A DNA stretch of 64,000 nt from Saccostrea cucullata (lineage: Eukaryota). Below the pieces are notes generated by a model. The model was not told the origin of the DNA. It ran no database searches and saw only the letters and a list, made by a program, of their open reading frames with translations. Of this stretch, positions 49,630-63,530 are shown one piece after another. The translations under genes and the position numbers were made by a program. Location of the stretch: contig NW_026937242.1 in the NCBI RefSeq assembly GCF_032062105.1, forward strand, positions 1 through 64,000. Reading direction: 5' to 3'. The stretch's first letter is position 1. Each line of letters opens with the position of its first letter.

Positions 49630-51008
49630 TTAGGATAGGCCTCTTGCAAGATCGCTCCTCTCGTATAATTCTCATTGTCTTCCTGTATCTCTCACGTATA
49701 CTTTCCGTGTTAACCGTAAAGTGGTTATTCTTCTCTTTTAAAAATACTCTAGTACCTGTATGATAAATTTCTGCAACTGAAAGAGAATAAAGCCACAATA
49801 AAATATTATTTTACAGTTTTACAATGAAAATGATAAAAAAAAATTGTGTAATGTACTTGAGGAAAGGAATGTTCTGCTTTGACTTACAGCTTTCTGTAGT
49901 CTTTATATAAAGAAAAAATATGATCAAATCAATACCCAAATCATGGTCACAAGAGGTCAGTTGACGACAGCTTATTGGAAAATGAATGTTAGGATTTGTT
50001 TTAACGATTTTCATGCGGTTTTAATAAGGGATCAACATTTTATGAGAAATATGCAGAAAACCAGATATTTAAATAGGCAAAACATTCCGAAGATTTAATG
50101 AACCTCTTTCCCCAAATCACAGACACTGGAGATAGGGTAGGATCAAACATAATAAAAATTTAAAATGCATCCTGGACAATATAAAATAATTTAAAAATCC
50201 CTTAGAGGAAGGTGACGCTAGTCATTCTAATATGAAAAAACTTTGTTATGTCATATTGATTCAAGTTCAATTAATGAGGCCCAGTCTAATTCGAGTATGC
50301 ATGCCTTTGAGCAGCTTTTTAATTTCATGCAGTCACTGTGCGACAGTACACCTTTGCCAAATATTTTGATTTTAATACAAAATTAACATTATCTGTAACT
50401 TCTACTGGTCTGGAAATGTTATTTCACGACAATAATGGCTCTAACGACATCAACATTTTTGGATTTTATAAGCAATGCATGACGCTGAAGAATGACGCAA
50501 GACTCGTTTGTATGTTCAAGACGTCCATGGAAATTTTACCAAAAACTGATGACAGAACATCTAAAGAAACATACTATAAATCTAAACATTGCTATTTTTT
50601 GCCGAAAAATCATAAGCGCCAATAATGTGTCTGCATATTTATACTGTAATATGGCAATTCTAGACGTATTGGGCCTTGAAAAAAAGAAAAAAAACGTGAT
50701 TAGTTTTAGACAAAATTCAAGAAGAGATGTTGAAAAAGTCATGGAAAATTGCTGATCTTGAAAGCTTGTCTGCTTATAGAAATGAATATAGACAATGTTT
50801 TCCGTTTCATCATACTCGTCAGCTTTTCTACAGGTTCCAGGGTTAGATGATATATGTATCGCGGAACCGATGATAAGGAAAAAAAACACGGGAATACAGC
50901 CAAAGGTAGTAGAGAAAGAAAGCGTTTAATTCCCCAGCCTTATTCAAGTATTGAAACCCTAGCATATCAGGGACAGATGGCTGTCCGTATGGGTTATTAT
51001 TTCATTAA

Positions 51009-53733
51009 CCCTTTAACCCCCAGAGACGCATTTGGACGCACTTTCACCATCACAGATCTTAAACTGTTGGCGTTTTGTAAATAATTGGGATACAACAAAA
51101 CAATTGATATTTTCTTAAACTAGAGAAGAAACTGAACATTTTTTGTACACAAATTTTTTCTATGTGACGTTAAGAAATTATCGTAAACTTGAAGTGAATA
51201 TTGCATAACCTACAAGGGAGCTGATAAAATTACGCATAAATGACTGATTTTGAGCTATCTTTTGTAAGCTTTATCTTTATTACAACACAAAATAAAATAA
51301 AAATAAATATCATAACCCGAAAGCTGGGAACTTTCCCTACAATTTTATGATGATCTTTATAAGGTACATGCTTCCGCTATGGAGATATTTATTGTTGAAT
51401 ATTGGATATTTTACGCGTAAAACACACAAAATGTACTATGACGTCATTTGACGTTTTACATGTACAATGAAATTGTATATGAACGCAATGTAAAACAAAC
51501 TGATTTTTTTTTCATGCCTAGAACATATTTATTTTTTTTAATGACTTATTTGAAAAGAAGAGTTAATGTTTTACATGATCTGAGCCATAAACAAAACAAA
51601 ATCCACAGCTTTGTCTTTGGGAGAGATATACACAAGTACATGTAGTAATTGTCACTGGCCCAGCGCCCCGATTGCGCGCACCCACCGTTTCAGAAATCCT
51701 TGTCAAATTTGTGTTATTCCTACATGCACATGTACTTAGGAACAATTAATCAAATAATCAAATATTATCGTTACCATATTTTACATATCATATAAAATCA
51801 AAAAATATAATTTAATACAAGCATGTTAATCTTTCCTTTCATCAACATTTTAAGTTTGTTTTTTTTTTTTTTAATTTTTTTTAATTTTTTATTTTTGAAT
51901 TTTTTTATTTTAAAACAATGTTAATTGGAAAAAAAAACTGTTTTTTATGAAGGCGACAGGATGGGTTATATACCGCAGTTAGCCTTTATTTTTATGATCA
52001 TATGTTTCAATGAAAATATATCAAAAACATCCATAATTATATTGAAATCACAGGGAATACTAGCAGTTTTATTTTTTCTTGTTGATGAAGAACATATTTT
52101 TATTTACCTACTCAAACTACATGGAATTGAGGCGAAAATAAAAATCGTGAAACTTTTGTTTGAATTATTTCCATTTCTGTTACCAAAGTTATTATGAACA
52201 CAGAGGGGAACAAATTTGAACGTCGACCTACGCATGTTAGATGGATAAACGATTCAGATTCAGACATTTCCACTGTGACCTTGAATAAAAGAAATAAGAA
52301 AAAAGCGTTTTCAAACAGAGAGAGAGAGAGATGTCGTCACTGAGTTGCACGAAACTCGTTTGTCTGTGTAAACCATAATGAAATGGATATAAGGCACCCA
52401 CTGACCACTCTAATAATTAAATGTTTTCACATATTTCAGGTTCAATTTCACAGTATATATTTTTTTTTTGCAGAAATGTAAAGCGTACTTGGAATCTATA
52501 TGCATCTATATCTAATATAAATATATCTATACATGTACATAAGTACTTGCATGCATGTTTTTTTTTTATCACATATGAGCTCTAAATATATGCGTTCGTA
52601 GTGAAAATTTTAAGTGATTGCCACTTTTTGCCTCCAGAATGGAAATTTATCTTATTCTAACGTTTAGGATATCATAATGTTAAATAGTTTTACACTAGAT
52701 AAAGCGAAGTGTGTGTCACCTGATCAACATTTTAAAAGTGTATGTATATTCTGCAGCAGATTTAAGCATAATTACGATACTTCCCTAAGAAATCGGTGAA
52801 ATTGCATAGACCTGTACTTATTCCTATCTCCTGAATAAAACATAATTAGCAATTTAACAGATACATGTACCATGCATGATCGACAGCATGACCCTAAAGA
52901 ACAGATGCAAGCTCGAATTTTTTGGGGGGAGGGGTCACACGAAAATATAATCCTCTTTTGGTGTTTAAATAGTTTGGAGTTGTGATCCAAAATTAAAATC
53001 ATGTGCACAATACCAAGATTTCATAATAAAAAAAATCAGATATTTACCACAACATGAAGGTTTGATAATTTCCTTTCATTTACTGCACACATGCAGTTTG
53101 TTTTTTTGCTGGTGTAATTAATATTTAGGCCCAGTTAAGCCTTTGATTTAGCACTAAATTTGACTAAGGGGTGTACCGTCTATACATAATCAATACAACG
53201 GCCTCACAGTATGAGGTCCAAAGGGAATGCATACTCCTTCTATAGGCACCTGATCCCATCTCTGGATTTCAATAGGTTCTGTGGGTTTTTTCCGGTCACA
53301 GATTTGTATTGTATACTTGTAATTTGTATTGCATTTTAGATTTTTTTTTATCAATGACTGGTTGCTGTCTACACCTTTTTTCATTTCACTTGACCAGTAG
53401 AAATCTCCAGTCATAATCGTTATTCTAGTAAATTTATCATGATGCAAAAAAGATTACACTTTGCTATACGTACGCATATTCGCTACCAAGTGCAATTTTT
53501 TTTTAATTTCACTATGTTATAGTCTTTTGTCTAATTTTTTTTTTTTGGGGGGGGGGGGGAGTTAACAGTCTGAATGACATTACATCTTTGTCTATAACAT
53601 ACTTCTAGGAACTATTATTAAATATTTTTTGTCCATATAGAGTCTTGATCAAACTTGATCAAACTAAAGGACTTCGGATTAACTTAAAAATTTCCTCATA
53701 GAATAGTCCTTTTTGCTCACTCCTCCATGGCAC
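51009..53733 (+). mobile_element. piggyBac-like element, left part (truncated by the duplication junction)
   Basis: TTAA|CCCTTTAACCCCCAGAGA terminus. Confidence 0.55.
53190..53395 (+). mobile_element. Old Naiad-type 3' end remnant
   Basis: GGGAATGCATACTCCTTCTATAGGCACCTGATCCCATCTCTG; paralogue at ~58320-58525. Confidence 0.6.
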
Positions 53734-54771
53734 CTGTTATACTAGATCATTACTTCATATAAAATATATATTGTTTACTTTCATATTGTTTTATATTGCT
53801 TTGGATTCAAAAAAATTTATAACATGGAAGAAAATAAAGTTTGTGTTTGTGTTGTTCCGATACCATTGGTTGAGGTTAGCTTTCTGGGAACAATTGAAAG
53901 ACGTACATATAGGACTTTTTAAGCAAATGGAGAAAAATAATGATATCATTTATAAACAAAATCGATTTCTCTCATCAGTAAAATCATGGTCGGGAAATGT
54001 CTATGGATATATATAGAAGTCTGCTAAAAGTCATCATCAAACAGAAAAAAATGACACACAAATATATAACATTATCGCATTGAAAGTTTAGAATACAAGT
54101 GTATTGTGCAATACGTCTAAATACCTTAGCATTCTTTTTTTTATTATTTTACATGGATTCGCCTTGCACGGAAAACTATGTATGATTGTTACAATCGTTA
54201 CTATTTTCTATAAATCAGCAGTTTTTTTCCTTCTAAAATCCATATTTTTTAAAATTTGTTTCGTTTATCAAACCAGAATAAGCATATCTATTTTACAACT
54301 AAATTAAGTTTATTTTTTTTTATACTAAAACGTTTTCTATCAATAACGCTTGTTTCACAGCAATAAAAATCGTGTTATCTAAAAGTTATTTTAAAACATT
54401 ATAAATATGTACAGAAAATGTTGTAAAAATTAATAATTGTACTTAAAATGCTGTTTTTCTTAACGCCTTTTTATTTTTTTAGAGCATGAAAAATTAAAAA
54501 GGAATATAACTCTATTTAATGTAATTGTGCAAGGTCACCGGTCTTCTAGGTTAAGCAGCATATTAAAAATGTCATGAAAACTTGTCTTTTGTTTAAAATA
54601 ATGACATTTTTCAGATAAAAATTATCAACAGACTTCTGTGAAGATATGTTTATAGGCCCAAATTTCAAGCAACAATGTATTGTTAAGCTGGTTATGTATA
54701 TAATAACTGTAGAATAAATGACAATATAAAGTAAACCGAGTGATAATTCAGGAACATTCTATTAGAAGAAT

Positions 54772-55084
54772 GCCAGCGTGACGCCGTGGTTAGAGTGTCT
54801 GCTTTATAATTAAGTAGCGCTAAGTAAGGAGTAGATCCTAACGTCGATGGTTCGAATCCCAATGTGGGATGTGGAGAGAGGTCCTTTGGATGAGACCGTT
54901 TTAACCGAAGTTCTGAGTCGCTGTATGTACTGGTACGAGAAATATCCCTCCCTGCTCAATGGTCCTATATATATGTGCCGAATATAAAACAAAAATTGCA
55001 GCTTTCCAACGGCAATTGATGGCGTCTCCATCTGAGTGAAAACTTCTCTAGAGGGACGTTAAATTAAATACAATCAATCAATCA
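54772..55084 (+). mobile_element. tRNA-derived SINE (duplicate of 49317-49629)
   Basis: Identical sequence at +5455. Confidence 0.8.
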
Positions 55085-58000
55085 TTAGGATAGGCCTCTT
55101 GCAAGATCGCTCCTCTCGTATAATTCTCATTGTCTTCCTGTATCTCTCACGTATACTTTCCGTGTTAACCGTAAAGTGGTTATTCTTCTCTTTTAAAAAT
55201 ACTCTAGTACCTGTATGATAAATTTCTGCAACTGAAAGAGAATAAAGCCACAATAAAATATTATTTTACAGTTTTACAATGAAAATGATAAAAAAAAATT
55301 GTGTAATGTACTTGAGGAAAGGAATGTTCTGCTTTGACTTACAGCTTTCTGTAGTCTTTATATAAAGAAAAAATATGATCAAATCAATACCCAAATCATG
55401 GTCACAAGAGGTCAGTTGACGACAGCTTATTGGAAAATGAATGTTAGGATTTGTTTTAACGATTTTCATGCGGTTTTAATAAGGGATCAACATTTTATGA
55501 GAAATATGCAGAAAACCAGATATTTAAATAGGCAAAACATTCCGAAGATTTAATGAACCTCTTTCCCCAAATCACAGACACTGGAGATAGGGTAGGATCA
55601 AACATAATAAAAATTTAAAATGCATCCTGGACAATATAAAATAATTTAAAAATCCCTTAGAGGAAGGTGACGCTAGTCATTCTAATATGAAAAAACTTTG
55701 TTATGTCATATTGATTCAAGTTCAATTAATGAGGCCCAGTCTAATTCGAGTATGCATGCCTTTGAGCAGCTTTTTAATTTCATGCAGTCACTGTGCGACA
55801 GTACACCTTTGCCAAATATTTTGATTTTAATACAAAATTAACATTATCTGTAACTTCTACTGGTCTGGAAATGTTATTTCACGACAATAATGGCTCTAAC
55901 GACATCAACATTTTTGGATTTTATAAGCAATGCATGACGCTGAAGAATGACGCAAGACTCGTTTGTATGTTCAAGACGTCCATGGAAATTTTACCAAAAA
56001 CTGATGACAGAACATCCCTTTAACCCCCAGAGACGCATTTGGACGCACTTTCACCATCACAGATATTAAACTGTTGGCGTTTTGTAAATAATTGGGATAC
56101 AACAAAACAATTAATATTTTCTTAAACTAGAGAAGAAACTGAACATTTTTTGTATACAATTTTTTTCTATGTGACGTTAAGAGATTATCGTTAACTTGAA
56201 GTGAATATTGCATAACCTACAAGGTAGCTGATAAAATTACGCATAAATGACTGATTTTGAGCTATCTTTTGTAAGCTTTATCTTTATTACAACACAAAAT
56301 AAAATAAAAATAAATACCATAACCCGAAAGCTGGGAACTTTCCCTACAATTTTATGATGGTCTTTATAAGGTACATGCTTCCACTATGGAGATATTTATT
56401 GTTTAATATTGGATATTTTACGCGTAAAACACACAAAATGTACTATGGCGTCATTTGACGTTTTACATGTACAATGTAAAATAAACTGATTTTTTTCATG
56501 CCTAGAACATATTAATTTTCTTTTAAAATGACTTTTTTGAAAAGAAGAGTTAATTTGACATGATCTGAGCCATAAACAAAAAAAAATCCACAGCTTTGTC
56601 TTTGGGAGAGATATACACAAGTACACATGTACATGTAGTAATAGTTATTGGCCCAGCGCCCCGATTGTGCGCACCCACCGTTTCAGAAATCCTTGTCAAA
56701 TTTGTGTTATTCCTACATGCACATGTACTTAGGAACAATTAATCAAATAATCAAATATTATCATTACCATATTTTACATATCATTTAAAATGAAAAAATA
56801 TGATTTAATACAAGCATGTTAATCTTTCCTTTCATCAACATTTTAAGTTTTTTTTTAATTTTTTTAATTTTTTTTTTAATTTATTTTTTTTTAATTTTTT
56901 ACTGTTTTTGAATTTTTTTATTTTAAGGCAGGATGTTGACAATCGCCATTATTGGCAAAAAAAAAACTTTTTTTTATGAAGAAGCGACAGGATAGTAATA
57001 TATGAAAACTTCATAAGTCAGTTAGCCTTTATTTTTTAATCATAAAGCAGGAGAGGGAACCAGACTGGCCTGTTTGTTTCATATGTTTCAATGAAAAAAA
57101 TATCAAAAACATTTTTTCATAATTATATTGAAATGAGGGAATACTTTATTTTATGAAGGCGACAGGTTTTATTTTTTCTTGTATGATGTTTCAAGAAAAT
57201 ATATATCAATAATTATTTTTATTTACATATTTTTATTTCAAACTACATGGAATTGAGGCGAAAATGAAAATCGTGAAACTTTTGTTTGAATTATTTCCAT
57301 TTCTGTTATCAAAGTTATTATGAACACAGAGGGGAACAAATTTGAATGTCGACGTACGCATGTTAGATGGATAAACGATTCAGATTCAGAGATTTCCACT
57401 GTGACCTTGAATTAAAGAAATAAGAAAAATACGTTTTCAAACGTCGTCACTGAGTTGCACGTAACTCGTTTGTCTGTGTAAACCATAATGAAATGGATAT
57501 AGGCACCCACTGACCACTCTAATACTAGTAATTAAATGTTTTCACATATTTCAGGTTCAATTTCACAGTATATTTTTTTTTTCGCAGAAATGTAAAGCGT
57601 ACTTGGAATCTATATGCATCTATATCTATTATAGATATATTTATACATGTACATAAGTACTTGCATGCATGTTTTTTAATCACATATGAGCTCTAAATAT
57701 ATGTGTTCGAAGTGAAAATTTTAAGTGATTTGTAATTAATATTTCAAGCCATGAGAGGCTACTTTTTGCCTCTAGAATGGAAATTTATCTTATTTTAACG
57801 TTTAGGATATCATAATGTTAGATAGTTTTACACCAGATAAAGCGAAGTGTGTGTCACCTGATCAACATTTTAAAAGTGTATGTATTCTGCAGCAGATTTA
57901 GGCATAATTACGATGCTTCCCTAAGAAATCGGTGAAATTGCATAAGCCTGTACTTATTCCTATGTCCTGAATAAAACATAATAGCAATTTAACAGATACA

Positions 58001-58814
58001 TGTACCATGCATGATCGACAGCATGACCCTAAAGAACAGACGCAAAGTCGAATTTTTTGGTGGGAGGGGTCACACGAAAATATAATCCTCTTTTTGTGTT
58101 TAAATAGATTGGAGTTGTGATCCAAAATTAAAATCATGTGCACAATACCAAGATTTCATAATAAAAAAAAATTCAGATATTTACCACAACATGAAGGTTT
58201 GATAATTTCCTATTATTTACTGTACACATGATTTTTTTTTTGCTGGTGTAATTATCATTTAGGCCCAGTTAACCCTTTGATTTAGCACTAAATTTGACTA
58301 AGGGGTGTACCGTCAATACATAATCAATACAACGGCCTCACAGTATGAGGTCCGAAGGGAATGCATACTCCTCCTATAGGCACCTGATCCCATCTCTTGA
58401 TTTCAATAGGTTCTGTGGGTTTTTTTCCCGGTCACAATTTTGTATTGTATACTTGTAATTTGTATTGCATTTTAGATTTTTTTAGATCGATAACTGGTTG
58501 CTGTCTTCACCTTTTTCATTTCACTTGACCAGTAGAAATCTCCAGTCATAATCGTTATACAAGTAAATTAATCATGATGCAAAAAAGATTACACTTCGCT
58601 ATACGTACGCATATTCGCTACCAAGTGCATTTTTTTTTAATTTCACTATGGTATAGTCTTTTGTCCAATTTTTTTTTTTTGGGGGGGGGGAGTTAACAGT
58701 CTGAATGACATTACATCTTTGTCTATAACATACTTCTAGGAACTATTATTAAAACTTGATCAAACTAAAGGACTTCGGATTAACTTAAAAATTTCCTCAT
58801 AGAATAGTCCTTTT

Positions 58815-58940
58815 TGCTCACTCCTCCATGGCACCTGATCCCACTTTCGATGTTTTGGAGGTCCGTATTTCCTCTGTTCCTATTTTGTGTTATTTTATGG
58901 ACTTTGATATTGAATAATGTTCGTTATCTCCATATACTTT
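58815..58940 (+). mobile_element. Naiad-type 3' end fragment
   Basis: GCTCACTCCTCCATGGCACCTGATCCCAC...GGAGGTCCGT...TTATCTCCATAT. Confidence 0.75.
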
Positions 58941-59779
58941 ACAGGTTAGCCGGGATTACAAGTATGTGCATTGAGGAAGCTGAGAAAGTTGATTATACTG
59001 TTACAAGAAATAAATAAACCGAGCTAGTATGTAGAATATTTGCTAGATGATCGCGCGAAAATAGGAAAATGCGCTACTGAATATCAAAGTTGCCTTTTAT
59101 TTTAACGCTATATAAATAAGTCAATGAAAGTTTAATCAGCATTATCCGGAAATTTTGCCTAATAAAGCCCAATAATGTTGGTAAAATTTAAGTCTTTCAC
59201 AATAGAAATCAACGGAAAATTGATTAAAAAATACATTCCAAAGCTTTTGTTGAATAAAAGGGGATATCTTTGCAGAAATATATTACTTTAATTATAAGTT
59301 AAAGATATGAAAAAAACATGAAAAATGAAGGATCATCTTTCCATATCTATAACCATAGTTATTTTGAAATCTAAGTACTATTTTAAAGTCTGGTACCGTT
59401 TCAATAGATAAACATCTTCTAGCCCCCTTATAAAAAGAGTTGTATTTAAGAGCAATTAAACAATTCGATCAATATTAAAATTAAAATTCACACTTTCATT
59501 GTACTAAAAGGGTGTTAAATGTAGGATGGAATCGAAAGGGAGTGTGCGTAGTTCTTTTCCATGGCGCTATGGCCGTCTTTTTAAACTTTTCGAGTGCAGA
59601 TTGTTGGGAATTCTCGGATTCAGAATACTGTAATCTGTAGGCACGAAATTTTATTCTATCATAAACATGTAAAACGCTATTAAATAGGGGGGGGCATTTG
59701 ATATCAAAAACGACTGTGCATTACATGTACATGTACATCTAAAACATATGGCACCGTACACAGTATCTATTGCTCCATG

Positions 59780-60087
59780 ATAGGGAGGTCGTGGGTTCGA
59801 ATCTCGGCCACGACTGACCAAGTCGATATAAAATGCGTAGCAAGCGTTCTTCCGTCAGTGCTCGGCACTTGAAGTGAAATATGTGGATCCTTCGGATGAG
59901 ACTTTATAAACCGAGGTCCCGTGTCACGGAAGGTGTTGGCATGATAAAGTTCCCGTTCCCTCACTCTCAATGGTCTTGAGTGCCGAATCAAGGTCAAAGT
60001 TTGTTGCCCTTTGTCAGTTAGAGGCAACATCTCTATATGAGTGAAAAATTTTCGAATGCAACGTAAAACAACATACAATCAGTCAAT
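59780..60087 (+). mobile_element. tRNA-derived SINE (Deu/Nin-like core)
   Basis: GGTTCGAATCTC B-box, CCTTCGGATGAGAC..AAACCGAGGTCCCGTGTC core, CAAT-type tail. Confidence 0.8.
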
Positions 60088-60933
60088 GTAAGATATATGA
60101 CTTTTTATCCATGGAGGAAAAAGGGTATTTAAGGCGAGATAATTCTGATGACATCAAATCAACATTTAGCTAACGAATATGAGATAGTCTTCATTGCAGC
60201 TACTGTATTCTTCCTCATCACCCTTCGAACAACGTTTTATAAAGTCAGTTTTTGTAACATTATTTGTAATTTCAATGTGCAGCATGGTATTGAATATGCG
60301 GTATTTTTCCTCGTTTTATTGTAATCATAACAATCCTTAAGATGTCCACTTCTCAAAATTCCAATTTTTTGTTACCATGGCAACAATTTTCATTGAAATA
60401 AAAGTACTAAAATAAAGAATTGTATATGAAAGTGTTCTCTCTATGTGTACCAAATTTTATTGAAATCAATAAAAACTGTAAGAGGGAAAGCGATTTGAAA
60501 ATTGCTTACTTCAACTAGGCAGCTGTGCCAGAAGGCCTTACCCTGCTTACGGATGACGGACATTACGTAACTGCCAAACCCTCTCTTTCAAATAAAATTG
60601 ACCAGTATAAGTTAAAACTAATTGACAATATGCAATCTTATAATAGTTTTACTAAATTTTCTGTTATGGAAGTGTTATTTGTAAATTTATTTGTATTTCT
60701 GGGAAGTAAACAGGAGAAAAATACATATTTTGGCAAATGTGGGTCTTATTTGTTGCCATGGCAACCGGGGTGTCATTTTACTCTACATAATTAGATACTT
60801 TAGGATCCTACCTTTCAGAAAATATATAGGTTGCTTTATGTAAAAGTGACTAGAAAATGTTTAAATTTCTAATCGAAAATTTTTAGTTAATTTTGCAGTA
60901 AAAACGCAAAATCTCTGGTAGTTAAAGGGTTAA

Positions 60934-63530
60934 GTTTGTCTGCTTCTTTCAAAAGAAAGGAAAGAGCTGAAATATTCTCTTAAGAATTTCAATTTCAGAA
61001 AGAAAAAAAAACCCGGAAATTTTCAGAAAATTATGCTGACAGCTCTGAGAATTAAAAAAAAAACAAACAAGAACATCTACTGTTTTCAATAACAGAACAT
61101 CTACTCAGAGACCCAATTTTTCAAGACGGTCTTATGACTACAAATCAAGAAAATACAATTTTAAAAAATCGTCTACATCTGCTACAGAAGACAGAATTGG
61201 CTCCTTTTGGATTTTAAACAAATCCAGTAATGACTGGAGATTAGAACAGGTAACCAAAATTGCAATGCTTTCCGAGATACTAGTTGGGGGTCGTCTCAAA
61301 AATTTTGTAGAAAATTGGAGTATTGTAACTCAAGACACATGGGTAGTATCAATAATGAAAGAGGGTTACAAAGTAAAGTTTTATCAAAACCCCCAGTTTT
61401 AAGAGTAAAGTAAACAAAAATCCCATAAATACAAAAGCATTGTTTGTTAAAAGAGGTAGATTATTAGAAAAAAAAATGCAATAGAGCCTTCTCAAATTAC
61501 AATGTAGGAGAGTAAAACAGGTTTTTACAGTAGATTTTCCTTGTCCAAAACAGGTTGCAAAATAAGACAAATTATTAATTTGAGACCCTTCAACCAGTAT
61601 CTCAAGATGCAACATTTCAATATGGACACTTTAAGCAAAGTGTTAAATGTAATGAAAACGAATGATTGGACAATTTCACTCGATGTAACAGATGCATGTC
61701 TACACATTCCAATATTTTCAAAACACCGAAAATTTTTAAGATTTTGTGGAAAAGTCAACGTTATCAATTGAAAACAATGTGTTTATGACCAACGTCAGTA
61801 CCTCAAATTTTTCACCATAATGCTGTCTGTAGTAGCAGTATATTTGCGAATACAATATTCTTCTAGTATTTACCTGGGCGATTGACTAATAGTAAACCAA
61901 TCAAAAGAAATGTTATTTCAAGATCGACTGAAGTGCTGAATCTATTAGTTTCACTAGGTTGCATAATAAACAAAGAAGAGTCTTGTCTAGAACCCACTCA
62001 AGAAGTTTTATACCTGGGAGCTTTGTTTTTGTTCAGACAAAAATAGTACTTCCATTTCAAGACAGGTTGATAAAATTGGTACTATCAACCCAAATGCAGG
62101 GTCAGAAAACAGGCTAAAATTTTCTCCAATGGTTGGGGATAGTAGTTTCATGCATAGATCTCATTTCGAATGATTGTCTGTACATGAGGCCTCGGTTATA
62201 TATACTACGTTTTTGGAAAGCAAGTTCCCTAGATTTGTAGAAAATAAATCCTACATCACATCTAATACAACACCTACAATTGTGGTTATATTCAGTGAAC
62301 ATTTCCAATGGCAGATCTTTACAACTAAAAGAAATTGGGGTGACTATAACCACAAATGCATCCTTGACAGAATTGGGGTCACCTAAAAATCAAATAGGTC
62401 AAGGACATTGGGACAGTTGTCACAAAGGACTTCATATCAATTGTTAAGAGATAGAAGCAGTAATTTAACTCTGAAACATTTAAAAAAATAAATTCAATAC
62501 AGAACAGTTTGATCAAATGCGACAATACGACATAGTTTAATACATCCACCAACAGGGAGGAACCAAATCTCCACGTCTTTGTTATCAGACATGGGATTTG
62601 TGGAACTGGGCAATAGGTCACAATATCAAGCTAAGAGCTGCTCATATAGAAGGAAAATCGAATATTATGGCAGATCATTTGAGCAGGGTCAAGATCAGAC
62701 AAACAGAATGGATGTTGAACAGACAAATCGTTCAGAGAATTTTTCTGTTATCGGATCAATCTCTTATAGACATGTTTTGCATCTATTCACAATCGTCAAA
62801 TTCAGATCTTTTGCACTTGGTTTCCTCATAGCCAAGGATATGCATTGAATGTCCTGACAATATCTTGGGAGGGGATGTTTCTGTATGCTTACCCTTCGAT
62901 TTGTGTAATTCCCAAAGTTCTTTAGTACATCAGACAATTCAATTGTCAAGTAATTCTGATAGCTCCCTGTTGGCCACGGAAAATTGGTAAATAGATCTGC
63001 TTCAGCTTTAAATTTTTATACCAAAAACACAAAAAATTATCATCCAAACACAGAAATAATTCAAAAAACGGCAAGGCTTCTATCGACAGAGGTTTTAAAA
63101 AGGAAGGATTTTCTAAAGACGCTAGAATCCTTTTGGAAGCATGTTGGCGTGCATGTTGATATACTAGAAGGTTATTCCTGTAAGTTCAAACAGTTCAGTA
63201 GCTGGTGTAGTTCAATGGAAATAGATCCCTATTCAGCCTCTTTAGTTCACGTTTTTAGACAGATTTGCATTCCAAAGGTCTTCAGTATAGAACTATTGCA
63301 GGTTACAGGTTAATGCTGTCCTCAGTACTGCCTCCAGTAGATAATGTTTCGGTAGGTCAGCATCTATTCATTATCAGACTCATCAAAGGATTCTTTAACT
63401 TCAGACCGCTAAAAGTTAGTCTAGTCCCAGAGTAGCATTTGCCAAGAATCCTTGATATGTTGCAAGTTGCTCCTTTTAATCCTATAAAAAGTACAATATT
63501 TAAACATCTGACATACAAAACTTTTTTTGG
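60934..63530 (+). mobile_element. DIRS1-like tyrosine-recombinase retrotransposon, degenerate
   Basis: In order: VGGRLKNFVENW, RQIINLRPFNQYL...SLDVTDACLHIPI (RT), CDNTT..YI..QGGTKS / HIEGKSNIMADHLSR (RNase H), YAYPS..IPKVL...ILIAPCWP (MT-like), FSSWC..DP / TIAGYR / RLIKGFFNFRP (YR N-terminus); many stops and frameshifts. Confidence 0.88.

Larger units (their letters stand above)
48279..58837 (+). repeat. 5.4-kb tandem segmental duplication (48279-53733 / 53734-58837)
   Basis: Offset 5455 bp; identical ORF translations in the first 2.3 kb; CTG microhomology at the junction; copy 2 lacks 50561-51008. Confidence 0.92.
56016..60929 (+). mobile_element. piggyBac-like non-autonomous element with nested cargo
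   Basis: Left CCCTTTAACCCCCAGAGA, right TCTCTGGTAGTTAAAGGG|TTAA (16/18 inverted match); pairing of the two ends is inferred. Confidence 0.55.

Noticed and set aside
52762-52895. Small minus-strand exons (EIGISTGLCNFTDFLGKYRNYA*) with some synonymous differences between duplicates
   Set aside because: Two frames are equally open, too few substitutions, no recognisable homology.
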